NCBI GenBank assembly: GCA_016191085.1
Contig: JACPPJ010000012.1
Span: forward strand, 281-64,280
Length of the DNA stretch: 64,000 bases
DNA from: Acidobacteriota bacterium
GTDB taxonomy: Bacteria; Acidobacteriota; Terriglobia; 2-12-FULL-54-10
Direction of reading: 5' to 3'
In this document: positions 37,908 through 47,140 of the stretch, piece after piece
How the letters are laid out: every line of letters starts with the position of its first letter
Numbering within the stretch: position 1 is the first letter of the stretch
Translations under genes and position numbers: made by a program
Notes under the pieces: model-generated
The model's database searches: none
Seen by the model: the letters and a program-made list of their open reading frames with translations, nothing else
What the model was told of the DNA's origin: nothing

Positions 37908-37925
37908 TGCCGCGCGGACGCGACA
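37908..37925 (-). terminator. Hairpin downstream of tpx (candidate terminator)
   Basis: The transcript reads UGUCGCG-UCCG-CGCGGCA (7-bp stem), followed by CAAGGGUUUCUU. Confidence 0.35.
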
Positions 37926-37964
37926 ACAACCGCCATTCGGATGTGTAGAGACAGTCCGGACGTC

Positions 37965-38483
37965 TCAAGCCAGCAGCTTTTTAGCTGCGCCTAGAATCGC
38001 ATCGTAGTTAGGGTGCTCGCCGACTTCCTTTACGTATTCGACGTACCGCAACGTGTTGTCCTTGTCCAGCACAAATACGGCACGAGCATCCAGCAGCAGC
38101 TCTTTGATAAGCACGCCGTATGCCGAACCGAATGAACGGTCCTGGTAATCAGAGAGGGTCCGCACGTTGCTAATTCCGGCGGCGCCGCACCAGCGCTTCT
38201 GAGCGAAAGGCAGGTCCATGCTCACGGTCAGGACCTCAAGAAGACCCGGCATCTTCGCCGCCTCATCGTTGAATCGCCGCGTTTCCATATCGCAGACAGG
38301 AGTGTCAAGCGAAGGCACACTGCTCAGGATGCGGACTTTCCCGGTCGTGTCGGCTAATGTTACAGGTTTGAGGTCATTTCCAACCACTTTGAAATCGGGG
38401 GCTTTCTCACCAACCTTCAATTCCGGTCCTATCAGCGTGAGTGGGTTGCCGCGCATTGTGACGGCGCCGGTGCGTTCGGTCAT
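37965..38483 (-). CDS. tpx: Thiol peroxidase (atypical 2-Cys peroxiredoxin)
   Basis: KAPDFKVVGNDLKPVTLADTTGKVRILSSVPSLDTPVCDMETRRFN is the canonical Tpx active-site region. Confidence 0.9.
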   Translation of the reverse strand: MTERTGAVTMRGNPLTLIGPELKVGEKAPDFKVVGNDLKPVTLADTTGKVRILSSVPSLDTPVCDMETRRFNDEAAKMPGLLEVLTVSMDLPFAQKRWCGAAGISNVRTLSDYQDRSFGSAYGVLIKELLLDARAVFVLDKDNTLRYVEYVKEVGEHPNYDAILGAAKKLLA

Positions 38484-38724
38484 ACGTCTGCTACCTCCTA
38501 AGAATCTGAACGAGAATTTGAATGACGCGGAACCTACAATATACCCGCCCTCAGGCCAGCATGGGAAGAGGCTTACCCCAGAGAGACGAATCGATAGGGC
38601 CGAGGTTCAGCCATATATTTGATTTGCAAACGTGGGATAATGCCCTCTCGACGTTACCAAAGCAAACTCAGCAAGCACCTATCAGCTTTCGGCAACGCCT
38701 CTGATCTCGCCTCCACGCCCGTTT

Positions 38725-39316
38725 GTGATGAATCCCAATGAGATGATCGACGCTCCTTTGGGTCGATGGAACCTGTACATCGGCGGGGCTGGCTGTTTCG
38801 TGGACGGTTATGTAAATCTCGATCTATTCTCCTCCCCCGGAGTGGACGTGATTGCTGACGCGCATCAGCTTCCGTTCGCGTGCTGCATGTTCCAGCGTGT
38901 TGAATGCGATGCGGTGCTCGAACACGTGCGGCAGCCTGAAATTGTGATGCGAGAGATCGAGCGAGTATTGGCGCCTGGGGGCTATGCCCATATCGTGGTC
39001 CCCTTCTGCCACCCGTTTCATGAATATCCCCGCGACTTTCGCCGATTCACTCTCGACGGAGTGAAGGAGATGACCGGGGGGGATGCACGTCGTAGCTCAG
39101 GGCTGAAGAACGGGGCCCACAGCGACAATGCTGGTCTTCATCATGGAATACGTGAAGCTTTGGTTCCCCTGGCGTGCATGGCGTGTGGTGGCACACGGAG
39201 TCCTAGGATGGATATTGTTCCCGCTGCGTTATTTGGATTACGTCTTCTTTAACCGCAGCAACGCGGGCCGGATCGGAAACCATTGTTTTGTATGGCTTCG
39301 GAAACCGGAAGCTTAA
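38725..39316 (+). pseudogene. Class I SAM-dependent methyltransferase (Methyltransf_11-like), apparently disrupted
   Basis: The N-terminal 115 aa are intact (DLFSSPGVDVIADAHQLPF...VLEHVRQPEIVMREIERVLAPGG). The expected continuation GMHVVAQG-(TGA)-RTGPTATMLVFIMEYVKLWFPW is in another frame after a G7 run (39075..39081). That continuation contains an in-frame TGA (39104..39106). Confidence 0.55.
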
Positions 39317-39487
39317 CTTTGGGCATCTGGCTTGGCTCTGCCCATCAGGGCGCGTTACTATCGAGCTTTAATGTACCCGCCGCCTCTGGCGGAAACGTCT
39401 ATCCATCTGGACGGTCCGCCCTGGCCATCGCCCGAGCTTTCCCCAGCGAGACGGAAGGCAAATTGAAGGGTTCGGGTTAGAACGCAC

Positions 39488-42400
39488 ATGACTATAGCCG
39501 AAGTATGCGTAAAACGGCCTGTGTTCGCCGTGATGCTCATCAGCTTTTTGCTGGTGCTGGGGATCTTTTCATTCCGCGACCTCGGCGTAGATCTGTTTCC
39601 AAAGGCTGATTTCCCGGTCGTATTCGTACAAGTACAGCTACCTGGGGCCACGCCCGAAGAGGTCACCACGCAAGTGGTCTTCCCACTGGAGGAGGCGCTC
39701 AGCTCCGTTGCCGGTCTGGACGAACTGCACTCGATGGCGGATCAGGGTATGGCGCGCGTGGTATGCCAGTTCGTTCTTGAACGTGAAATCGAGAGCGCCG
39801 CGCAGGATGTCCGCGAAAAGGTTGCGGCGGCTATGCGCAACCTACCTACCAATATTCAGACGCCCATCATTAGAAAGGCTGACCCCGACTCCGAGCCAGT
39901 TCTTTCGCTGGTCGTTGGAGGCGCCGGAAATCTGCGCCAGACCACCGAGATTGCGGACAAAACGATCCGCCGGGCACTGGAAACGGTGAACGGTGTCGGT
40001 AGCGTCACGCTAAGCGGCGGGCGGCTGCGGCAGATTCGCATATTCGCCGACGCCGAGCGCCTGACAGCCTACGACCTGACTATAAATCAACTCGAGCGCG
40101 CCATCCGCAACCAGAACGTGGAAGTGCCCGGCGGGATCATCCGTCGAGGCGAGTCTGAAGTGGGGGTCCGCACTCTAGGCCGCATCGAGTCTGTGTCGCA
40201 ATTCGAGAACATTGTTGTAGCCAACGTCGGCGGGGCCCTGATTCGCGTCAAAGACATAGGCCGCGTCGAGGACAGCTATCCGGACCCCACCACCTGGAAC
40301 CTGCTGCACGGCAAGGAGGCCGTGGTACTCAGCATCCAACGGCAGTCCGGCACGAATACGTTGGATGTCATTGAGACCGCCAAGCAGAAAATAGAGCAAA
40401 TCAAGCCCACTCTGCCGCCGGGCATTCAGATCGAGGTCATTCGCGACAATTCCCGCTTCATCAAAGCCTCCGTCGCGTCCCTGGAAGAGCACCTGCTGTT
40501 CGGCAGTATCCTGGCCAGCCTGGTGGTGCTGCTCTTCATGCGCAACTGGCGGCTGGTGCTGATCGCCTCACTCGCCATTCCCTCCTCCATCGTGGCCACC
40601 TTCACGATCATCAAGTTCATGGGCTTCACGCTCAATAACATGACACTGCTGGGCCTGACCCTGGCAGTGGGAATCGTGATTGACGACGCCATCGTTGTGC
40701 TCGAGAACATTGTCCGCTACGTCGAAGAGAAGGATTACGAACCCAAGCAGGCCGCAATCGCAGCCACCAAAGAGATCATGCTGGCTGTTATGGCCACGAC
40801 GCTCTCACTGGTGATCATCTTCGTGCCCATTGCATTCATCACGGGCTATGCGCGCCGCTTTTTGAATGAATTCGGATGGACCATGGCGTTTTCGGTAATG
40901 GTCTCGTTGTTAGTGAGCCTCACTCTGACGCCGATGCTCTGCTCGCGCCTGCTGAAGCGCCCGCCTGCCCGTGGCCCTCACCACACCACCAAAGACCTAG
41001 GGTTCTTCCATTGGATTGACCGCACCTATGGCCGCATGCTGGCGTGGGCTCTGGATCACCGCGGAACCACGCTGTTGATCGCGGCGGGATGCTTCGCGCT
41101 GACATTCCCTCTGAACAGCCGTGTTGGACGCGACTTCATTCCAGCCGACGATCAGAGCGAACTGAACGTCTTCTTCAATATGCCAGCCGGAATGTCCATT
41201 GAGGGTTCCGAGCGCGTGGCGCGCGAGATGGCGGAAAAAATCGAGAAGATCCGGGGCGTCGAGTTCGTGTGGCCCTCAATTGGTGGATGGGGAAGGGATG
41301 GGAAGCTATATGTCCGCCTCATAGATGCCTCGCGTCGAAAATACACCAATTTAGACGTGGCCGCCGAGATCCGACAGGTACTCTCGCTGCCGCAGTTCCG
41401 TGACCAGCAAACAAGAGTGGTGGCGCCCGCGCCGATTGGCGGCGGACCGAACTTCGGCGCCATTCGCGCTCTGGTCCTGGGGCCGGACCTTCATCGCGTG
41501 GCGGGTATTGCGGAGCAGGTCACCAATGAGGCCCGCCAAATCAAGGGACTTGTTGATGTCAGCGCCGATATCAACCTGAACAGCCCCGAGCTGCAAATCA
41601 ATATCGACCGCCAGCGCGCCGCCGACCTGGGCGTACAAGCCGCCGACGTAGGTAGTGCCGTACGCCTGATGATTTCGGGCACCGATCAGATCTCCACCTA
41701 CAAGGAGGGCGACGAGCAGTACGACGTCACGCTGCAACTGCTTCCCGAGCAGCAGCGCAACCCGGACGTGCTGGCGCGCGTCATGGTGCCTTCTGCGAAG
41801 CTGGGCCAGGTGCGGCTGGACAACATTGCCGTCATTCAGCGCGGCGTCGGCCCCAATTCCATTCACCGCTTCAATCGCCAGTTTCGCGTTAGCGTGAACG
41901 CCAACACCGAGGCCGATTTCCCCCTGGACGCCGCCGTGCGCGCCATGCGGCAGAGCGTGGAAAACGTAGTGCCGCCCGGCTACTCTGTCCGGTTCACGGG
42001 AGCCATCAGAAGCCTGGACCAGACCACGCAGAGCCTCATAATCGCGTTTCTGCTGGCGGCGATCTTCATGTACATGGTGCTCGCGGCGCAGTTTGAGAGC
42101 TTCCTGCATCCGCTTACGATCATGCTGGCCCTGCCGCTGGCGATTCCCTTCGCCCTGCTGACGCTGTGGCTCACCAACCGCACGCTGAACCTCTGGAGCG
42201 CGCTCGGCGTATTCCTGCTGCTGGGCATCGTCAAAAAGAACGGAATTCTCCAGGTCGACTACACCAACAAGCTGCGTGCGCAGGGCGTGCCGCTGCGCGA
42301 CGCTATTCTGGAAGCCAACCACGTGCGTTTGCGGCCGATTCTTATGACCACGCTCTCGATCGTCGCGGGGCTTATCCCGACAGCTCTCGGCATCGGCGCA

Positions 42401-42601
42401 GGCGCTGCCCAACGCTCCGCCATCGGCGTGACCATTATCGGCGGGCAGTCGCTGTGCCTCGTGCTGACATTGCTCGTTACCCCGGTGGTCTACTCGATCT
42501 TCGCCGAGATGGAACAGTCCAGGGTGAGAGCGCCCCTCCAGGCGCTGCTGACAAAACTGCGCTTGACGGTAGCGCGCGCGTTTACCACGACAGTGCGCTA
42601 A
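39488..42601 (+). CDS. Efflux RND permease (AcrB/HAE1-like)
   Basis: 1037 aa with 12-TM RND architecture and a typical N-terminus, MTIAEVCVKRPVFAVMLISFLLVLGIFSFRDLGVDLFPKADFP. No adaptor or outer-membrane factor gene is adjacent. Confidence 0.9.
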   Translation: MTIAEVCVKRPVFAVMLISFLLVLGIFSFRDLGVDLFPKADFPVVFVQVQLPGATPEEVTTQVVFPLEEALSSVAGLDELHSMADQGMARVVCQFVLEREIESAAQDVREKVAAAMRNLPTNIQTPIIRKADPDSEPVLSLVVGGAGNLRQTTEIADKTIRRALETVNGVGSVTLSGGRLRQIRIFADAERLTAYDLTINQLERAIRNQNVEVPGGIIRRGESEVGVRTLGRIESVSQFENIVVANVGGALIRVKDIGRVEDSYPDPTTWNLLHGKEAVVLSIQRQSGTNTLDVIETAKQKIEQIKPTLPPGIQIEVIRDNSRFIKASVASLEEHLLFGSILASLVVLLFMRNWRLVLIASLAIPSSIVATFTIIKFMGFTLNNMTLLGLTLAVGIVIDDAIVVLENIVRYVEEKDYEPKQAAIAATKEIMLAVMATTLSLVIIFVPIAFITGYARRFLNEFGWTMAFSVMVSLLVSLTLTPMLCSRLLKRPPARGPHHTTKDLGFFHWIDRTYGRMLAWALDHRGTTLLIAAGCFALTFPLNSRVGRDFIPADDQSELNVFFNMPAGMSIEGSERVAREMAEKIEKIRGVEFVWPSIGGWGRDGKLYVRLIDASRRKYTNLDVAAEIRQVLSLPQFRDQQTRVVAPAPIGGGPNFGAIRALVLGPDLHRVAGIAEQVTNEARQIKGLVDVSADINLNSPELQINIDRQRAADLGVQAADVGSAVRLMISGTDQISTYKEGDEQYDVTLQLLPEQQRNPDVLARVMVPSAKLGQVRLDNIAVIQRGVGPNSIHRFNRQFRVSVNANTEADFPLDAAVRAMRQSVENVVPPGYSVRFTGAIRSLDQTTQSLIIAFLLAAIFMYMVLAAQFESFLHPLTIMLALPLAIPFALLTLWLTNRTLNLWSALGVFLLLGIVKKNGILQVDYTNKLRAQGVPLRDAILEANHVRLRPILMTTLSIVAGLIPTALGIGAGAAQRSAIGVTIIGGQSLCLVLTLLVTPVVYSIFAEMEQSRVRAPLQALLTKLRLTVARAFTTTVR

Positions 42602-42742
42602 CGCTGCTCGCGCATATTTCCAATCCAATAATTTTCGCTTCTAGTTGGTATGCCGAGACTACAATGGTGGAGGTAACGCGGCTTGTCCACAATATTGAAC
42701 TTGTGTACCGCATATTGAACAGCAAAGGAGCTTCGCAATCAC

Positions 42743-43180
42743 ATGTTGAAAGAATTCAAAGAATTCGCAGTGAAAGGGAACGTCCTCGATTTGGCGGTGG
42801 CTGTGATCATGGGCAACGCTTTCAGCCCGATCGTAACTTCCCTTGTGAACGATGTCATCATGCCGCCGATCGGCGCGGTCCTGAGTAGAGTGGATTTTAA
42901 GGAACTCTACGTCAGCTTGAGCCGGCAGTCGTTCCCAACTCTGGCGGCAGCGAAAGCGGCGGGGGTGGCGGTTATCGCCTATGGAAATTTTGTGAATACA
43001 GTCATCAATTTCCTCATTGTAGCCTTCGTCATGTTTCTTTTGGTGCGGCAGGTTAACCGGCTCCATAAGCCCCAGCCGGCGGCTGCGCCCGTCGCGAGGG
43101 AGTGTACGTATTGCTTCAACCAAATTCCCATACGAGCTACCAGGTGTCCGCACTGTACCTCACAGCTACAGCCTGTATAG
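42743..43180 (+). CDS. mscL: Large-conductance mechanosensitive channel MscL with a C-terminal CxxC..CxxC extension
   Basis: MLKEFKEFAVKGNVLDLAVAVIMGNAFSPIVTSLVNDVIMPPIG is the canonical MscL N-terminus. The C-terminus is ECTYCFNQIPIRATRCPHCTSQL. Confidence 0.85.
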   Translation: MLKEFKEFAVKGNVLDLAVAVIMGNAFSPIVTSLVNDVIMPPIGAVLSRVDFKELYVSLSRQSFPTLAAAKAAGVAVIAYGNFVNTVINFLIVAFVMFLLVRQVNRLHKPQPAAAPVARECTYCFNQIPIRATRCPHCTSQLQPV

Positions 43181-43189
43181 TTGAGAGCC

Positions 43190-43843
43190 ATGTCGGAAAA
43201 TGAATCTGTGACGCCTCTGGAAAAGCTGCTTGGCGAAGCCTTCGCGCAATTGCAGCTAGAGTTCACGGCGTTGCAGATGAATCAATGCGCCTGTCATTTT
43301 TCGCTATTGCTGAAGTGGAACGCGCAAGTAAACCTGACGTCGCTGAAGGATCCTCGGGAGATTGCCTACCGTCATTTCGGAGAATCTCTGTTTTTGACAA
43401 GAGTTCTGCAGCCGTCCCCGACGGATTCGTCATTGATAGACGTAGGGTCGGGCGGCGGATTTCCGGGCCTGCCATTGAAGGTTGCCTGGCCTTGGCTGCG
43501 TGTGGTCTTGCTGGAGCCCAATCACAAAAAAGCCGCGTTTTTGAAGGAAGTTATCCGCACCTGTTCGCTGAAAAACGCGGAAGTTCGCGCTGAGCGGGTG
43601 GAAGCTGTTTGCACCGGTAATTTGCAAGGTAGCGCATCACTCGTCGTGCTTCGAGCTGTAGCATTGGGAGAAGATGTGCTGGACCAACTGCGACGCCTTC
43701 TTGCTCCAGGTGGACGTGTTGCACTCTTCCTCGGGACCGACGATTCGGGTCGGGTCGAAACCCATGCTGGTTTCGAGTGGACGACGCCCGTACCGATCCT
43801 GCACTCACACCACCGAGTAATTTTGGTTGGCCGAAGATGCTGA
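43190..43843 (+). CDS. rsmG: 16S rRNA (guanine527-N7)-methyltransferase RsmG (GidB)
   Basis: LLLKWNAQVNLTSLKDPREIAYRHFGESL and IDVGSGGGFPGLPLKV are typical RsmG motifs. The gene sits upstream of parAB. Confidence 0.85.
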   Translation: MSENESVTPLEKLLGEAFAQLQLEFTALQMNQCACHFSLLLKWNAQVNLTSLKDPREIAYRHFGESLFLTRVLQPSPTDSSLIDVGSGGGFPGLPLKVAWPWLRVVLLEPNHKKAAFLKEVIRTCSLKNAEVRAERVEAVCTGNLQGSASLVVLRAVALGEDVLDQLRRLLAPGGRVALFLGTDDSGRVETHAGFEWTTPVPILHSHHRVILVGRRC

Positions 43844-43859
43844 TGTTCCACGTGGAACT
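43844..43859. promoter_or_regulatory. parS: parS-like site 1
   Basis: TGTTCCACGTGGAACT, compared with the consensus TGTTNCACGTGAAACA. It lies directly after the rsmG stop codon. Confidence 0.7.
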
Positions 43860-43896
43860 CTCCCGCGCGTAGCAAATCCCGGAATTCGATTTTCTT

Positions 43897-43912
43897 TGTT
43901 CCACGTGGAACA
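43897..43912. promoter_or_regulatory. parS: parS-like site 2 (perfect 16-bp palindrome)
   Basis: TGTTCCACGTGGAACA, 18 nt upstream of the parA ORF start. Confidence 0.8.
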
Positions 43913-43930
43913 ATCACAAGGCTCTTTACA

Positions 43931-44806
43931 GTGGCCGAATCACCTGCTAGATTCTATCCGGGTCGGGCGCCTGCCGCCGGAGAAGCTTTGTTGGCGAAAA
44001 TCATAGCTGTCGCGAATCAGAAAGGCGGTGTGGGCAAAACGACGACCGCCATCAACTTGGCCGCATCTCTCGCCGCCGCCGAACTCCCTGTTCTCCTGGT
44101 CGACTGTGACGCCCAAAGCAATACCTCGGCAAGCCTGGGGTTCTATCGCGACCCGTCGCGATCTTCGCTCTACCACGCGCTCGTTGCGGAATCTGACGAC
44201 ATCCCCCTCAGCACGGTAGTTCGGCCCACCTGCCTCGAAAACCTATGGCTTGTTCCCGCTGACCGCAACCTTGCGGGAGCCGCTATCGAACTAATTTCGC
44301 GCGAAAACCGCGAGTTTCAGCTTCGCGATCTCCTGGAGCCAATTAAGTCCCGGTACTCCTATATCTTTCTGGACTGTCCCCCAGCGCTTGACCTCCTTAC
44401 GTTGAACGCACTGGTGGCCGCCGATTCGATTCTGGTGCCGCTGCAATGCGAATATCTGGCCTTAGAGGGCATATCTGCCTTGATTGAGACTTTAGATCGC
44501 GTTCGCGGTGGGCTGAATCCCCGATTGGAGCTTGAGGGAATACTCTTGACGATGTTCGACGACCGCACCAACCTGGGGCGCCAAGTCGCGGCCGAGTTGC
44601 GTACACACTTCCCGGGGAAGGTCTTCGACACCACTATCCCGCGCAATGTGCGCTTGGCCGAAGCCCCAAGCCACGGTAAACCTATACTGCTCTATGACGT
44701 GCGGTCGAAGGGAGCCGAGGCTTACATACAGGTAGCAAAAGAGTTACTGGCCAGAAATGCTAACGCCACGGGCGCAGCCGAACGGGTCGTCCAAGCAGTG
44801 CCGTAG
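43931..44806 (+). CDS. parA: Chromosome partitioning ATPase ParA/Soj
   Basis: Deviant Walker A ([21 protein letters not shown]) and conserved ParA blocks. The true start may be an internal TTG at about 43988. Confidence 0.9.
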   Translation: MAESPARFYPGRAPAAGEALLAKIIAVANQKGGVGKTTTAINLAASLAAAELPVLLVDCDAQSNTSASLGFYRDPSRSSLYHALVAESDDIPLSTVVRPTCLENLWLVPADRNLAGAAIELISRENREFQLRDLLEPIKSRYSYIFLDCPPALDLLTLNALVAADSILVPLQCEYLALEGISALIETLDRVRGGLNPRLELEGILLTMFDDRTNLGRQVAAELRTHFPGKVFDTTIPRNVRLAEAPSHGKPILLYDVRSKGAEAYIQVAKELLARNANATGAAERVVQAVP

Positions 44807-44874
44807 GCATGTTCACTCAAGTGATACAACGTAAGGGATTTCACTTAATTTTGCCTTAAGAGGAGTCGTTCGAC

Positions 44875-45771
44875 ATGGAATCGGAGCAAATACGGCCTGT
44901 CCCGACCAAGACGTTCGGCCAAAGTGGACGCCCGAAAGCGCTGGGAAGAGGGTTAGAAGCGTTGTTGCCCTCTGCTGCCGCACCAACGGACTCGGTGCGG
45001 CATATACCGATCTCGCAAATCGACCCTAATCCATTCCAAGCACGGCAGGTCTTCCAAGCCGATCGCCTCCGTGAACTGGCCGACAGCATCAAGACTCACG
45101 GTGTTCTACAACCTATTGTCGTGCGCCAGCATGGCGAACGCTTTCTCCTGATTGCGGGAGAGCGCCGATGGCGCGCCACGTCGCTCGCTGGACTGGCCGC
45201 CATCCCGGCAATCGTGCGCCAAGTTGCAGAGTCAGAAGTCCTGGAACTAACGCTTATTGAGAACATCCAGCGCGAAGACCTCAACCCAATCGAGACTGCG
45301 GAGGCTTTCGCGCGCCTCGCCACCGATGCGCATTTGACCCATGACCAGATTGCGACGCGCACAGGCAAGGATCGGGCCACGGTGACCAACTTCTTACGTC
45401 TGTTAAGGTTGCCGGAGATCATCCGCCACCGTGTCGCCACGGGAGAAATCTCGATGGGCCATGCCAAGGCGCTCCTCACTCTGCCCACCGAGGCGGTCCA
45501 AAAAGAGCTAGCTGACCGTATACTCCACGAAGGCCTTTCCGTGCGGCAAACTGAAGCGATTGTCGCACCCGAATCGCGCAAATCCGGCGTCACGAGCACA
45601 AAGAAAAAGGCAATCGCCGACCCCAACGTGAGCGCGGCTGTTCAGGAGATGGAGCGGTCGCTCGGGACTCGAGTCCGCCTCACGGGCAGCCAAAAACGAG
45701 GCAAAATCATAATCGAGTACTATTCCTCCGAAGACCTGGAACGTATTTTCGAGGCCATCGTGAGCAAGTGA
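44875..45771 (+). CDS. parB: Chromosome partitioning protein ParB/Spo0J
   Basis: The ParB box (GVLQPIVVRQHGERFLLIAGERRWRA), an HTH region and a C-terminal dimerisation region are all present. Confidence 0.9.
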   Translation: MESEQIRPVPTKTFGQSGRPKALGRGLEALLPSAAAPTDSVRHIPISQIDPNPFQARQVFQADRLRELADSIKTHGVLQPIVVRQHGERFLLIAGERRWRATSLAGLAAIPAIVRQVAESEVLELTLIENIQREDLNPIETAEAFARLATDAHLTHDQIATRTGKDRATVTNFLRLLRLPEIIRHRVATGEISMGHAKALLTLPTEAVQKELADRILHEGLSVRQTEAIVAPESRKSGVTSTKKKAIADPNVSAAVQEMERSLGTRVRLTGSQKRGKIIIEYYSSEDLERIFEAIVSK

Positions 45772-46195
45772 TCCCATTGATACAAGTGGCCGACTTCTTC
45801 CGGAACTTTCGAACACTACCTGCCATTCCGGAAAAGACCTATCGCATAATCCGACTAGTCCAATTATCGGCGGACAAGGCGAGACGGCAGATTCGGGTTG
45901 ATCCTCACGCCGCAGGTGCCGTTTTGACCATTTGCCGACAGCTCTCTGCACATCGGCGCGCAAAGCTGGGCGCGCAATTGAGTCAAATGGCGCGCTGCTC
46001 TGGTCCAGTTTGCTCTTGCCGAAGCGATCTAGATTCCCCCATATTGCTTACACTACGCGTCCCAATTACGGATCCTCGCGGGCGCTTTCAGGATTGATTG
46101 TTTTTGATGTCTTTTCTGTAAGGGCGGCTTCATTGGGGCCTCGGCATTGCTTGTTCCTGGAGCGTTTGTTAAATTGGCTGATTGCCGGGAAGGTT

Positions 46196-47140
46196 ATGAA
46201 ATTTCTTGCTGCGCGGGCCTCCAAAACAGGCAGGCTCGCCGTTCTACTGCTGATCCTGTTTTTGTTGGTATGGGGGCTCTCGGGCTGTTTGGTGCGCCGA
46301 CGCGAGAGAATTCCCGCAGCCGCTCCCTCTGCTCCTATCTGGAAGACCGCCTCGCTGAACGAACTGCTCGAAAAACTGGAGTCGCAGACGGGCGCAATCC
46401 AGACGCAGGATATCACCGCCACGATTGAGCCTTCAGTCAGCTCCCTGGATAAGGGGGAAATCGTCCACTACCGCGACGTTCGAACTTTCATCCTGATTCG
46501 CAAGCCCGCTTTTATCCGCATGATTGGGCTCTATCCCGTGGTGCAAAACAAAGCTTTTGATATGGCTTCCAACGGCGAAACCTTCCAGGTCTATATTCCG
46601 CTGAAGAACCGGTTTATCATTGGAAAGAATGAGACTGAGAAAAAATCGAAATCAGCGATAGAAAATCTGCGGCCGCAGGTCATTTTGCAGGCGCTGCTAT
46701 TTCAGGGGCCGGAGCCAGGGAAAGAGCAAGCGATGTTACAGAGCTACTCGGAGGGAGTAAATAGTTACTATATCGTGCATATCGTCCGCACTGAACCGGG
46801 CCAGCCGCTGCTGCTCTCCAGGAATATCTGGTTTGAACGCCGCAACCTCACCGTCGTACGCCTGGAGATGTTCGACGAGGCGGGCGACGCAGTGACAGAT
46901 GTACGATACTCCAGTTATGCTGATTTTTCCGGTATCACATATCCGCGCGACATCGTGGTGGACCGCCCCAAAGACCTGTACGGCTTGCATCTGGTCATCA
47001 CAAACGTTCAGTTCAATCAGCCGATCGCGGATGACAAGTTTCTCCTCGATCAGCCTCCGCAGACAGAGCTGATCAACCTGGGCGGTTTGCCACAGCTGAA
47101 GGCTTTGCCCCAGCGCAAGAGGGATAGCAAAGTTGGTTAA
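46196..47140 (+). CDS. Lipoprotein with a LolA/LolB-like fold (DUF4292-like)
   Basis: Lipobox VWGLSGC after a signal peptide. The beta-rich body resembles lipoprotein-sorting family proteins. The assignment is by pattern and context only. Confidence 0.55.
   Translation: MKFLAARASKTGRLAVLLLILFLLVWGLSGCLVRRRERIPAAAPSAPIWKTASLNELLEKLESQTGAIQTQDITATIEPSVSSLDKGEIVHYRDVRTFILIRKPAFIRMIGLYPVVQNKAFDMASNGETFQVYIPLKNRFIIGKNETEKKSKSAIENLRPQVILQALLFQGPEPGKEQAMLQSYSEGVNSYYIVHIVRTEPGQPLLLSRNIWFERRNLTVVRLEMFDEAGDAVTDVRYSSYADFSGITYPRDIVVDRPKDLYGLHLVITNVQFNQPIADDKFLLDQPPQTELINLGGLPQLKALPQRKRDSKVG

Noticed and set aside
37746-37964. SAM-I riboswitch upstream of metK.
   Set aside because: Apart from a GUGCUAA-like stretch, I could not find the conserved four-way-junction core or a P1 helix. 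This is kept only as a generic structured-leader observation.
38484-38724. An alternative oriC at the strand-bias switch between tpx and the methyltransferase.
   Set aside because: There is only one weak DnaA-box-like sequence (GTGGGATAA, 6 of 9) and no AT-rich unwinding element. The spacer looks like an ordinary divergent promoter region.
45768-46097. A 109-aa ORF directly after parB.
   Set aside because: It has no motif, an Arg-rich composition, no RBS that I could see, and overlaps the parB stop. It is treated as non-coding.
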